Part shown: one piece after another, positions 36,908 to 46,718 of the stretch
Layout: the number at the start of each line of letters is the position of its first letter
How positions within the stretch are numbered: the first letter of the stretch is position 1
From: an uncultured Planctomycetia bacterium
GTDB lineage: Bacteria > Omnitrophota > Gorgyraeia > Gorgyraeales > Gorgyraeaceae
Assembly: GCA_964566255.1 (NCBI GenBank)
Contig: CAZMID010000001.1
Coordinates: 10,799 to 74,798 of the forward strand
DNA length: 64,000 nt
Direction of reading: 5' to 3'
Position numbers and translations under genes: made by a program
The notes under the pieces: model-generated
What the model was told of the DNA's origin: nothing
What the model saw: only the letters and a program-made list of their open reading frames with translations
Databases searched by the model: none

Positions 36908-37700
36908 CCAGCCTTGGTTTTTCAGGCAATACTAAACGGCCTTCATCGACCAAATAGATTGCCTTTTCACTATAAGTTATATTTCCTTCTTTTATCATTT
37001 TAACATTTCCATTGGCAACTACCTTTTTTATACATCTTGTATCTGAATCGAAATATACATCAATACAGTCTGCTGAAACATCCCCTTCTGGATCTTTCAG
37101 CTTTACATTATTATAAAAAGTAGCACGATTATTTTTGTAATTTAAATCAAATGGGCCATCGCATGTTATAACTGTATCAGATGCTAGATTCTCTAAATCT
37201 GTCCTTGAAGATCTTATATTAGCTACTACATCTTCTTTGAATCTAGTTTTTTTATCTTCCAAATTACAGATGGCACCTTTTCCATTAACCTGAAAATCCT
37301 CTTTTTTCATATTAATATATTCATTAGTAAATATATTCTTATCTTCTGCATTCCAATATAAAGAATCTGTAGTCAATTTTATTCCGTCTGTAGTTTTAGC
37401 TATTACATTATTCTGAAGGTGTACCAGTTGTATCTTTGGATTAAAATCACCCTCTTTTGCTTTTAACTTAAGACCTCCTTTAACTCCAAATGCTACTGCT
37501 GAAGGTTCTGCTATCTTAACTTTATCTTCTCCTATTTCAGCTGATGAACCATTCAATGTCCATTTCTTATCCCCTCTCGTCTCATACTGTACAAGTGAAA
37601 AACCATCAAGGCTCTGTGTAGATTCAACATGCTGCTCCTCCCCAAAACAAAAAGAACATAAATTTAAAATTAATAAAATTGATATTATTATATTATACAT
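36879..37700 (-). CDS. OstA-like periplasmic protein of the LptA/LptC family.
   Basis: 273 aa with a signal peptide and a beta-jellyroll-like repetitive N/K/D-rich sequence. It sits immediately upstream of lptB, which is the lptC/A-lptB order. Confidence 0.5.
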   Translation of the reverse strand: MYNIIISILLILNLCSFCFGEEQHVESTQSLDGFSLVQYETRGDKKWTLNGSSAEIGEDKVKIAEPSAVAFGVKGGLKLKAKEGDFNPKIQLVHLQNNVIAKTTDGIKLTTDSLYWNAEDKNIFTNEYINMKKEDFQVNGKGAICNLEDKKTRFKEDVVANIRSSRTDLENLASDTVITCDGPFDLNYKNNRATFYNNVKLKDPEGDVSADCIDVYFDSDTRCIKKVVANGNVKMIKEGNITYSEKAIYLVDEGRLVLPEKPRLVVKNEKTKY

Positions 37701-38598
37701 TTACTTTTTTATCCTTGGTCTTCCACCTCTCATGAAACCATACCCACTGCGTAGGAAATCTTTTTATCTGATTTTCTATTGTCTTTGTATATCTTTGAGT
37801 ATTTTTTAATATATCCCTATCTCTATCCTGACTTACAGTTATTTCTATTGGTCGTTCAACCATAATTTCATGACCAAAATTCTTTCTTACAATGAAGCAA
37901 GGAATTATAGGAGAATTTGTCAGGCGATTTAATATCGCTGGACCATTAGGTGTATAAGCAGGCTTCCCAAAAAAATCAACAAACACCCCTGAGACACTCT
38001 CCACATCCTGATCAGGCATTATACCTACAAATTCATTTTTCTTAAGAAGTTCTATTACATCTTTGGCTGAGGCCTCTCTATATAATACCTTCACTCCATT
38101 GCGAGATCTAATCCTATGTAAAAACTTCTCAAAGAGCTCTATCCTGATACGCCTTGCTATCACATTTACAGAATATCCTTTTATTGCAAAATAATGTGCT
38201 AATAATTCCCAGTTTCCTAGATGAGCAGATAATACTATACCACCTTTAGCTTCACGAATAAGACGCTTTATTATCTCAAGATTTTCGCACTTTATATACC
38301 TATCTATATTCTTTTTATTAAATTTAGATAGAGATACCACTTCTACAAAATTCTTTCCTAGGTTTTCAAAGACCTCTCGTACTATTAGAGTTTTTTCTTT
38401 CAAAGACCTGGTACGACCAAATGCTACATCAAGATTAGCTAAAGCTACACATCTCTGTCTTCTAAGGATAAAAAAGAAAAACCTACCAAGATATTTCCCT
38501 AGCCTAAGTCCTATCTTGAGTGGTAAAAGATATATAAAAAAGCTAAGGAACTTAAAAAAGATAATTATGATAATGTGTTTCGACTTCTTCTTAGTCAT
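37693..38598 (-). CDS. Lipid A biosynthesis (Kdo)2-lipid IVA acyltransferase, LpxL/HtrB family.
   Basis: 301 aa with an N-terminal TM helix and an HLGNWE motif (the HX4E-like acyltransferase catalytic dyad region). Confidence 0.75.
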   Translation of the reverse strand: MTKKKSKHIIIIIFFKFLSFFIYLLPLKIGLRLGKYLGRFFFFILRRQRCVALANLDVAFGRTRSLKEKTLIVREVFENLGKNFVEVVSLSKFNKKNIDRYIKCENLEIIKRLIREAKGGIVLSAHLGNWELLAHYFAIKGYSVNVIARRIRIELFEKFLHRIRSRNGVKVLYREASAKDVIELLKKNEFVGIMPDQDVESVSGVFVDFFGKPAYTPNGPAILNRLTNSPIIPCFIVRKNFGHEIMVERPIEITVSQDRDRDILKNTQRYTKTIENQIKRFPTQWVWFHERWKTKDKKVNV

Positions 38599-38608
38599 AG
38601 CCGAAATA

Positions 38609-38637
38609 TATTATCATATATAGTATATATAAGTCAA
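38609..38637 (-). promoter_or_regulatory. Possible sigma70 promoter (TTGACT-17-GATAAT) immediately upstream of the lpxL-like gene. It implies a very short leader.
   Basis: Minus-strand TTGACT (plus agtcaa, 38632-38637) and GATAAT (38609-38614). AT-rich context raises the chance of a fortuitous match. Confidence 0.25.
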
Positions 38638-38649
38638 TAGGGATTTAAA

Positions 38650-39099
38650 CTAGATAGAATCTACTTTGAGGATGTATCTTTCATCATCTTGCTCTACAAT
38701 TACACTATCTTCATTTATCTCAAGGATCATTGCATCATCAACTATATCTCCGATTGTTACAATATCATTATTTATAATCGCGTAAGGACTATCTTCACTC
38801 CATAAGATTCCATTTAACATAAAGCCTGCCAGACCAGAATCAGACGATATAGATGCACTTCCAGGAAAAAATGGATCTCTCTTCCAGTCTTCTTTAATTG
38901 CAGCTTGTTTTGCCTTAGTCCTTCCAATAGAGATAGGTGCTGAGAAAAAAGATACTGATTTTGTATCTTCTTTAAGTGAGGTTTCTTTTAGTTTACGGAC
39001 TCCTTTGGTTCTACCAATAACCATAAAAATCAAAAATATAACTCCTACAGCAGTTACTGCAAGTTCTATCTTTTGTTTTTTATTCAAGTTTTTCAACAT
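38650..39099 (-). CDS. Hypothetical membrane-anchored protein in the PilP position of the pilMNOP cluster.
   Basis: 149 aa with an N-terminal TM helix. It follows pilO in operon order. Similarity to PilP is not demonstrable by eye. Confidence 0.3.
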   Translation of the reverse strand: MLKNLNKKQKIELAVTAVGVIFLIFMVIGRTKGVRKLKETSLKEDTKSVSFFSAPISIGRTKAKQAAIKEDWKRDPFFPGSASISSDSGLAGFMLNGILWSEDSPYAIINNDIVTIGDIVDDAMILEINEDSVIVEQDDERYILKVDSI

Positions 39100-39103
39100 A
39101 AGG

Positions 39104-39715
39104 TTATTTTCCTAGTATGTAACTAGTTAATTCTATATGCGCTCTTATTCTAGGCGCTATATCATCATCCTTTTCAATGTCTACATCTTCTATAGTAATC
39201 ATAGGGGTATTATTTGCCTTAAGGCTCATCAAAAATTCCCCTAATAGACGATATCTTGCTTCAACTGTTAAACTTAAAGGCATGCATTTACATATATAAT
39301 CTGATATATTAAGTTCTTTACCATCATGGCCTTTATAATTTTCAAGATCCCTTGGCGTTACTGAAATAACACTTACACCAAAACGCCTTGCTTCTTTGTT
39401 TAACTCTTTTATTACATTCGATACTTCCTTTTCAGAAGGAAATACATTATCAAGTAAAGCCATATTTTGTTGTATTTCCATAATGCTATCTTTTAAGTTC
39501 TCGCTGCCGCCAATAAAACTATAGAGAGATTCTACTTCTTCTTTTATCTTTTTATATTCAGCTTCTAACATCCGTACCTTTTTTACTTTAGAAACATACA
39601 CGACTTGAAATAATAGGATTATAACTATAGAAATAACAATAGGTTTAATAGCCTTTTTATCCTTTAAAATAGAAGAAAATTTTATATTTTTATATTTATC
39701 TAATATTTTTAACAT
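39104..39715 (-). CDS. pilO: Type IV pilus assembly protein PilO-like.
   Basis: 203 aa with an N-terminal TM helix, a coiled-coil segment and a periplasmic domain. It is positioned after pilM/N. Confidence 0.5.
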   Translation of the reverse strand: MLKILDKYKNIKFSSILKDKKAIKPIVISIVIILLFQVVYVSKVKKVRMLEAEYKKIKEEVESLYSFIGGSENLKDSIMEIQQNMALLDNVFPSEKEVSNVIKELNKEARRFGVSVISVTPRDLENYKGHDGKELNISDYICKCMPLSLTVEARYRLLGEFLMSLKANNTPMITIEDVDIEKDDDIAPRIRAHIELTSYILGK

Positions 39716-41288
39716 TGCACACTATCTCAAAGTTTAATGAGTTATGTGAATAATCTTTGTTCTTTTTACTATATATCAACTTTACCTTTTCAAATAAAGA
39801 AGATCCTTCAAGATTAGACATAAATTTACTTAATTTTTTTCCTCTTAGAATAACACCTGAAAGTTTTATATGAGGTTCTTTATACTTTATAACTAAATTG
39901 TCTAGCAGTACATATGAAGGAGTAAGATTACTTAATTCTTTCATTATCTCCCCTGAATTTATACTTCCGGAAGAGATTATATTTATAGCATGGGTAAATA
40001 CAATCATCTTATCTTTAACAGCTGTTACATCCTTTATAGTTTCCCAATAGGATTTATAAATCTTTATCTGATTATTCAGACTAATTGCTTTTACTGTTAA
40101 AAATAAATAAGAAACCAAAAGCACACTTCCTACTATAAAAGATACTAGTCTTAAAAGCATCTTTTTTAATATAACTCTCTTCTCGTATTTGAATTTTTCA
40201 GGAATAATATTTATCTCGGACTGATTAATTAAAGCTAAACCAGCTGCACAACTGATTTCAGGGAGGATTTCTAGAATTTCAACTGATATTTCCTTCGATA
40301 GATAATCTTTAATACCTTTTAACTTTGAAGTTCCCCCAGAAAGTATAATCTTTTCGACAGAATCATTAAATCTATGTTCATAGTAATCAAGGGACCTTCT
40401 AATCTGATTTGAAAGTTTTTCCAAAACCGGCCTCATCATAGAAAGAACTCTTATATCTTTAGGAATACCTTTTTCGCATTTTAATTTTTCTGCTTCTTCT
40501 TTTGAAAAATTAATCTTTCCTTTATCCGAGACTAAAACACCCGTCATTGCCTCTGTAATAGTATCTCCGCCTATAGATACATCTCTTGCAAAACATAACT
40601 TTCCATTTTCAATTATAGATATCTTTGTCTTTACGCTTCCTATATCTACGATAGCCACTTTTTCTCCTGAAGGAACTATATTTAGATTAGTTATATAATT
40701 AGTGAGGGCGAACTCTACAGGAAATACATCCTGTATGTTCAATCCAAAACTTTTTAACTCATTTACCTTTTCTTCTATATTATCTTCTCTATATACTATT
40801 GCAATTAAATCTATCTTTTTAGAGTCATTTTCTTCTCTTTCGCCTAAAATACTGAATTTTATTCTTGCTGTATCTATATTAAACTCAATCTCTTCTTTTA
40901 ATTCCCATCTTAACGCCTCTTCTATTTCTTCTTTAGGCATAAAAGGAATACTGGCCCTTCTTATGGCAAGATTATCAATATCAAAACCTAATGATATTTC
41001 CTCCTCAGGCCCTATATTCATATCTTTATTTAAATCTCTAAGGTGGGTTATTTCTTTTACAGTATTATCTTCAATAGAAAAATCCTTACTACTCCTTTTA
41101 ACTCTAACAGCCTTAAAATGTTTCAATCCTAGATCTAAGCCAATAACCTTTCTTTGAGACGCCTTTTTACCTGCAGCAGAAAGAAGTACCTTGGCCTCTT
41201 TTTTAAGTTGTTCTATATAAGGTCCTAGAATCTTCTTTATTTTTTCTTTCAATGCATTGATTGTCTTTAAAAGATTTTGCATATCCAT
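39696..41288 (-). CDS. pilMN: Type IV pilus assembly PilM-PilN fusion protein.
   Basis: 530 aa. The N-terminal actin-like ATPase fold reads VIGLDLGLKHFKAVRV...IVDIGSVKTKISIIENGK...GDTITEA. After about 370 aa there is a TM helix (LLRLVSFIVGSVLLVSYLFL) and a PilN-like periplasmic tail. Confidence 0.65.
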   Translation of the reverse strand: MDMQNLLKTINALKEKIKKILGPYIEQLKKEAKVLLSAAGKKASQRKVIGLDLGLKHFKAVRVKRSSKDFSIEDNTVKEITHLRDLNKDMNIGPEEEISLGFDIDNLAIRRASIPFMPKEEIEEALRWELKEEIEFNIDTARIKFSILGEREENDSKKIDLIAIVYREDNIEEKVNELKSFGLNIQDVFPVEFALTNYITNLNIVPSGEKVAIVDIGSVKTKISIIENGKLCFARDVSIGGDTITEAMTGVLVSDKGKINFSKEEAEKLKCEKGIPKDIRVLSMMRPVLEKLSNQIRRSLDYYEHRFNDSVEKIILSGGTSKLKGIKDYLSKEISVEILEILPEISCAAGLALINQSEINIIPEKFKYEKRVILKKMLLRLVSFIVGSVLLVSYLFLTVKAISLNNQIKIYKSYWETIKDVTAVKDKMIVFTHAINIISSGSINSGEIMKELSNLTPSYVLLDNLVIKYKEPHIKLSGVILRGKKLSKFMSNLEGSSLFEKVKLIYSKKNKDYSHNSLNFEIVCNVKNIR

Positions 41289-41318
41289 ATTATACTACCA
41301 TACTTATAAGGATTCATG

Positions 41319-42539
41319 CTAATAATTTTCATCCCAATCATCTTCTAATCTCACTGTAGCAGGACCTGCTTCCATCCCAGTAGGAATTCCGCCGAGAACG
41401 GATTCGTCATATGTAACGGTTACATTATTTTGAATCTTGTCGCCATCGTATTCATCTGAAATAACACAGCCTGTAACGTCTGCATAATTCTTCAGTTCCA
41501 TTAGAGAAGCAAAGATCATTCCTCTCATTTGACTGTTGTTTTGTAGAGTTATTTTTTTACCTGAAGTAGGGGCGAGAATATTCCCTGCCTCTAAAATGGC
41601 GTCATTCTGAAGAGTGTAATCCTCTCTTGCATAGACCAATGTTCCGCTAGCTACTTCTCCATTGTTCTGCATCTTTACTGATTTTTTTGTTATAATAGTA
41701 ACATTTTCTGTAATAGTACCAAAATTCTTAAGCTCCACATCATCTGTGGCCACAATAGTTCCTGGCCCAACAAGCGTTGCACTGCTCTGAACCGTGACCT
41801 TTTCATAATACTCTGTATCGCCATTCAGATTGTGGGTAGTATCGCCACCTAAATCCAAATCGTCATCGGCTTCACCTTCTGCCGTAGAGATCTGCTCATC
41901 ATACCAGCTAGTGTCAAATTCCGGATATTCTGGTATTGGATCCGGAGGCCCTTCTGCCTCAGTATACTCTCCTCCCCCACTCACATCATCCGCATAGATC
42001 AAACCCCCTGTAACACTGGCATTGTTGGCTACTTCCACATCTTCATTGCAATAGACATCTCCTACAATTGCAACGTTATTGTCTATCAATAAGTCATTAC
42101 TATTTGCAAAGATAACATAGTCAAATACAGCCGATGTCACAACCGCACTCTGTGTAACCTCCCGAGTTACATCATCTACAGTTGCTGTAGAAGTTATCGT
42201 ATAGGTACTCCCATCCCTTGAGACAGCTACAGAATAACTTCCTGTGTCAAAATCCTCCTCAACTGTAGTAGGATCTGCTCTAAAATCTGACTCATTCTTA
42301 AGCTTACCTATAACTCTTTGCAATCCTGCTTCAGCTATATAAAATGCCTGCTGTATCTGCATATTAGCAACGGAAGTACTTAGAGTAGTAGATATTGTAG
42401 ATGATACTGCAATCGACAGGCTAGCTGCTAGTAGCATAACAATAATAACTGCAATCAAAGAAATACCTTTTGAATTTATCTTCATCCTATTAAAAATTCC
42501 TCGGTGAAATATCTGATTGTAAATAAAAATTTTCTCCAT
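41319..42539 (-). CDS. PilX-like pilus assembly protein. The likely true start is the internal ATG at ~42485 (MKINSKG...).
   Basis: It has a hydrophobic N-terminal segment (ISLIAVIIVMLLAASLSIAVSS) and a PilX_N-like QQAFYIAEAGL region. The track start overlaps the upstream gene by 50 nt, which the internal start would resolve. Confidence 0.55.
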   Translation of the reverse strand: MEKIFIYNQIFHRGIFNRMKINSKGISLIAVIIVMLLAASLSIAVSSTISTTLSTSVANMQIQQAFYIAEAGLQRVIGKLKNESDFRADPTTVEEDFDTGSYSVAVSRDGSTYTITSTATVDDVTREVTQSAVVTSAVFDYVIFANSNDLLIDNNVAIVGDVYCNEDVEVANNASVTGGLIYADDVSGGGEYTEAEGPPDPIPEYPEFDTSWYDEQISTAEGEADDDLDLGGDTTHNLNGDTEYYEKVTVQSSATLVGPGTIVATDDVELKNFGTITENVTIITKKSVKMQNNGEVASGTLVYAREDYTLQNDAILEAGNILAPTSGKKITLQNNSQMRGMIFASLMELKNYADVTGCVISDEYDGDKIQNNVTVTYDESVLGGIPTGMEAGPATVRLEDDWDENY

Positions 42540-42990
42540 TCTTCGTAAGGGTTATATTTATTCTTATCCTTCTTATATCAGTTGCACCAGGTGCTACATC
42601 TGGTTCTTCGATTTCATCGCCGTCAGCATCAAAATAAGTAAATGCCAAACTTGAAACATCTTCTGCAAGAGTATTAGTGGTTTCATCCTCTGTCCTATCA
42701 AGATCGGTATCACTTAAGGCATATGTTATATCAACACTATCTATATTCTCAAAACTAAATTCTGAAGCATCAGCTGTAGTAACCTTGGCACGATTTTTAA
42801 CCTCTTTTATCTCTCGTGCCATCCTATTCATAGCAAGTCTACCATCGGACAATAAATCTTGTCTGTTAAACTTAAATGTCCATGCATCAATAGCCCCAAG
42901 TAAAATAGAACCAACAATACCTGTTATAATGCCCATTAGTACTATAACTATTACAAGCTCTACTAATGTGAAACCTTTTGACTTTTTCAT
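42490..42990 (-). CDS. Type IV minor pilin (prepilin-type N-terminal methylation domain).
   Basis: 166 aa. MKKSKGFTLVELVIVIVLMGI matches the G/FTLxE class III signal. Confidence 0.7.
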   Translation of the reverse strand: MKKSKGFTLVELVIVIVLMGIITGIVGSILLGAIDAWTFKFNRQDLLSDGRLAMNRMAREIKEVKNRAKVTTADASEFSFENIDSVDITYALSDTDLDRTEDETTNTLAEDVSSLAFTYFDADGDEIEEPDVAPGATDIRRIRINITLTKNGENFYLQSDISPRNF

Positions 42991-42992
42991 AG

Positions 42993-43373
42993 TTAGTAAT
43001 TCGCCAGAATCGTCTTTAAACTTATATCCCCTATTATTGCATTTGTTATGCGTACTTCTACTTGTTTATAATTTTCCATATCCTCATCATCCTCAATATC
43101 CTCAGGTACTGGATCTACTCTAACCTGCCATGAATAATTACTGAAATTTCCTGTAAAATCCTCGGGGGAATCTCTATTTTCATCATCAACGTCTGAGAAA
43201 TCCAATCTTATAACCCTTTCCATTTCTCCTCTTGCTAAGTTCACTGCAACAGCCACAGCTTCATCTCGAGTCGCATTCGTAAACACCCCTGTAAATACAG
43301 CTATTAAACCTAAAGATATAATACCTATAACTACTATTGATATAATTGTCTCTATTAAAGTAAAACCCTTCAT
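42993..43373 (-). CDS. Type IV minor pilin (PilV-like).
   Basis: 126 aa. MKGFTLIETIISIVVIGIISLGL is a prepilin motif. Confidence 0.7.
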   Translation of the reverse strand: MKGFTLIETIISIVVIGIISLGLIAVFTGVFTNATRDEAVAVAVNLARGEMERVIRLDFSDVDDENRDSPEDFTGNFSNYSWQVRVDPVPEDIEDDEDMENYKQVEVRITNAIIGDISLKTILANY

Positions 43374-43867
43374 TGTATTTTAACTTTTCCTGTTACTGGC
43401 TCTATTCTTACTGTTTTAGAAAACGCCCCATCAGCAGTCTGGAGTGTCAAGACACCTTCACTTGATAAGGCATCACCATTCCCGTCATAAGGTTTACCTA
43501 TAGAATCAAATTCTACTGCATCATTAAAATCAGTAGAAGTTATTACTATATCATTAAATTCTGTCATTTCATCAAATTCAACTTCTAAATCACCTTGAGT
43601 ATGTGGATCTGTTGCTTTAGTACCAGTGTTCACTCTATATCCAAAATAGGATTCATCTCCTGTATCAAATGATATCCCAAACCTCACCTGTTGGGCCATT
43701 GCCATCTGCTGCATAAACCGTAAATCTGAGGCTGCCTTCTGACATGCTGCCTGAAGTCTAACACTCCCTTTGGTAGTTGTAATTTTAGGGATTACAGCCA
43801 CTGCTAAAATCCCTACAATGACCAAGATCATCACAAGTTCAATTAATGTAAATCCATCTCTACGCAT
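43370..43867 (-). CDS. Type IV minor pilin or pseudopilin (GspH/FimT-like).
   Basis: 165 aa. MRRDGFTLIELVMILVIVGILAV is a prepilin motif. Confidence 0.7.
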   Translation of the reverse strand: MRRDGFTLIELVMILVIVGILAVAVIPKITTTKGSVRLQAACQKAASDLRFMQQMAMAQQVRFGISFDTGDESYFGYRVNTGTKATDPHTQGDLEVEFDEMTEFNDIVITSTDFNDAVEFDSIGKPYDGNGDALSSEGVLTLQTADGAFSKTVRIEPVTGKVKIQ

Positions 43868-43886
43868 ACTATACCTATACCATACC

Positions 43887-46295
43887 TTATCTATGTATAA
43901 AAATCAACCTGCGGACAAAAAAGAAACCCAACAATATACTAATAACTATTAATGTTATAATAGCACCCATCTTAAATGAATATGGATCATATATAAATTT
44001 TATTATATGTTTTCCTCTCTCAAGATAAACTGATCGTAAAATATAATCTGTTCTATAAATCTTCTCCCTTCTTCCATCTACGTATACCTTCCACCCAGGA
44101 TAAAATGTATCACCTAAGACTAAAAACTTTTTATCATCTACAGTAGCTTCAATAATAACTTCATTAGGTTTATATTCTAATATATCTACTCTCCCTTTAC
44201 GCTTAATATCATCTAAAGATGCAAAATCTTCCTCTAAGATTATTTCCTTTGAAGGATTAAAATCCTTACTCTTTAGTCTTTTAAGGATTTCTTCTTCATC
44301 TTTAATTAAGACTGCCTTATCCACTAAAAACACTCTTGGTAGAACATTCTTATTCTCATAAATATTGATATTTTTATTTCTTTTAACTAATCTATAGCCC
44401 TTAGCACTAAAATCCTTTATAGAAGCTATATATTTTACATTTAATAGATTTAGAAGATTTGTTTCATCAGGTGAAGCTTGTTGCATTATTATCTTTATTA
44501 TATCTTCATTTCTTTTTGGAAAAAATTGCTCATATCCATATATATCATAAATTTGAAAACCTACCCCCCTATCAGAAACTAATCTTTCCTTAAGAATGCG
44601 AATAGATTCGAAATAATCTCTCTCAGGAAGAAATCTATTCTCTTTCAAGGTTACAGGAGAAGTAAATGTTCTAAATAGAGTTTTATCCTCTTTTAAAAAT
44701 TCAATAGTCCTACCTGGTTTTAGATATTCATCTATATCCATATTTTGATAAACAATCCTATTTGCTGTCAATAGATCCATAAAAGATATAAATAGTAATA
44801 TTGGAATTATTAAGTTCGATCTTATCTTTTTCTTTAAAGGTAAGAACATTAATACTGATAAATACATAAAAACATAAAGACTTCTCTTTATATTATGCAT
44901 ACCTACATATATAAAATCTCTAACATCACTAGCTTTATCTATAAAACTGGGTACTATAGCTAAAATCTTTCTATGTAAAAAATCGCTAGTTGCAGTAAAA
45001 TTCAAGTTAATCATTAAATAAAAAAATGAACTTATAACTCCAAATATCAATATACCTTTTAAGAATCTTCTAAGATTCTCACTTGATGAAATATTCTCTC
45101 TATAATATTCAAGTCCCATTCCAGCTAGAATCGCTAATGAAAATGCTGCCATAAAAAAGAATTTCACTGGATATCTTAATAAGCCAAATCCAGGGATAAA
45201 GTTATATAAAAAATAATATATTGGTGTATATCTTCCAAGGGAAAGCAGTAAGCTTACTGCCAGAAGATAAAAAAATGTCTTTCTTTTTTCTGTTACATCA
45301 AACTTTAAAGATAATACAACACATATCACAGTAAATATACCCATATAAAAAGTTAAGATCAAACTCTGTCTTATCCAATACTCCTTATATAGATAATCAG
45401 AGTCACTTAAATAAGGTACGAATAAATCTAAAAATGCATATGGAGGAAATGACCATATGGATACCTCATTAAAATGCATTGTAGCCCTAGGAGACTCTTT
45501 TATTATTTCCAAAAAAGGCAAGATCTGAAAACATGAAAGGCCTATAAAAACTAATAAAGCCAAAGCCAGTGGTATCAGACATCTTATGTAGGAGGTGTTT
45601 AAGTTTAAGCGGCCCCTGCGATTTACTTTTTCAAAGTATGCCCCTTTAGCAGACTTCTGTCGAAAACCCAAAAAAACCAAAATAAAACATGTAAGATAAA
45701 AAACTGCGGGACTCCCACCCAAGAACATCAGTGTTAGGAATATTCCCGTAAGCATAGAATTCTTAAGCCACTTCTTTCCTAAAGACCTCTCATAAAATAA
45801 AATTACAATCGGGAGCCATGCAACAGAAGTAAGTTGGGGCACTAAATTTATTGCAGAAATGATATATCCGCCAAACATAAAAATTAAACCTGAAAAAAAT
45901 GATCCATATCTAGAATAATTCCACTCTCTCATCAATAGATATGTAAAAACACCTGCCAAAAAAATATGTAATATTATGAAATAATTGAATGCTTGTGGAT
46001 AAGAAAATAGCATGTAGATAATGCTTAGGGGATAAAATACACTGTTTTGAATTTCTGCAATGTGTGAGGTTCCGCAGTGAAGGTAGGGATCCCATAAAGG
46101 AATAGATCCAGCACGAAATTGGATTGCACTGAATTCTCTTAGGGGATAATAACTTCTTATAAGATCTCTATGTACAAAGATTTTATTTGCAAATAATACA
46201 TCAGAAAAAAAGATACATATAAGGGCTATAAAAACAAAAATGGGAATGGTATCTTTCATCCATTCCCATTTAGAATTTATAGGTATTTCTTTCAA
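43887..46295 (-). CDS. YfhO-family polytopic membrane protein (a putative glycosyltransferase-like protein) embedded in the pilin gene cluster.
   Basis: 802 aa with more than 12 predicted TM helices. The N-terminal region (FSDVLFANKIFVHRDLIRSYYPLREF...WDPYLHCGTSHIAE) and the overall size and architecture are typical of bacterial YfhO proteins. Confidence 0.55.
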   Translation of the reverse strand: MKEIPINSKWEWMKDTIPIFVFIALICIFFSDVLFANKIFVHRDLIRSYYPLREFSAIQFRAGSIPLWDPYLHCGTSHIAEIQNSVFYPLSIIYMLFSYPQAFNYFIILHIFLAGVFTYLLMREWNYSRYGSFFSGLIFMFGGYIISAINLVPQLTSVAWLPIVILFYERSLGKKWLKNSMLTGIFLTLMFLGGSPAVFYLTCFILVFLGFRQKSAKGAYFEKVNRRGRLNLNTSYIRCLIPLALALLVFIGLSCFQILPFLEIIKESPRATMHFNEVSIWSFPPYAFLDLFVPYLSDSDYLYKEYWIRQSLILTFYMGIFTVICVVLSLKFDVTEKRKTFFYLLAVSLLLSLGRYTPIYYFLYNFIPGFGLLRYPVKFFFMAAFSLAILAGMGLEYYRENISSSENLRRFLKGILIFGVISSFFYLMINLNFTATSDFLHRKILAIVPSFIDKASDVRDFIYVGMHNIKRSLYVFMYLSVLMFLPLKKKIRSNLIIPILLFISFMDLLTANRIVYQNMDIDEYLKPGRTIEFLKEDKTLFRTFTSPVTLKENRFLPERDYFESIRILKERLVSDRGVGFQIYDIYGYEQFFPKRNEDIIKIIMQQASPDETNLLNLLNVKYIASIKDFSAKGYRLVKRNKNINIYENKNVLPRVFLVDKAVLIKDEEEILKRLKSKDFNPSKEIILEEDFASLDDIKRKGRVDILEYKPNEVIIEATVDDKKFLVLGDTFYPGWKVYVDGRREKIYRTDYILRSVYLERGKHIIKFIYDPYSFKMGAIITLIVISILLGFFFVRRLIFIHR

Positions 46296-46316
46296 ATCCG
46301 TGGTAACTTATATTAT

Positions 46317-46718
46317 TTACCAGCTAGAAGTATCTATTGTACCATCAGAATAAGCCCCTGCCACACCAGTACTTGATATATACCACCATCCACTTGCAGA
46401 TGTATCAGTTCCACCAGGTGCAGCTGTTACAACCCCAATAGCTGTAGCATCATTTAATTTATTTGTTGGGGTACGACTATCTGCAAAATTAGCAGTTGTT
46501 AATGCAGAAGGGAACGAAGCTGCGCCAGAAGTAGCGTTCTTTGCATATTCAATAGCAATTACTGAGCGAATCGCACCCAGGCCAGCCTTGCCAGCAGAGG
46601 TCTTTGCGCTTGTAGTTATATCTACGAATTTAGGAATAGCTATTGCTGCCAATATACCAAGGATAACAATTACCATTACAAGTTCAATAAGAGTGAAACC
46701 TTTTTTATTCCTAATCAT
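46317..46718 (-). CDS. pilA: Type IV major pilin.
   Basis: 133 aa. MIRNKKGFTLIELVMVIVILGILAAIAIPKF is a canonical type IVa pilin leader and N-terminal helix. Confidence 0.8.
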   Translation of the reverse strand: MIRNKKGFTLIELVMVIVILGILAAIAIPKFVDITTSAKTSAGKAGLGAIRSVIAIEYAKNATSGAASFPSALTTANFADSRTPTNKLNDATAIGVVTAAPGGTDTSASGWWYISSTGVAGAYSDGTIDTSSW

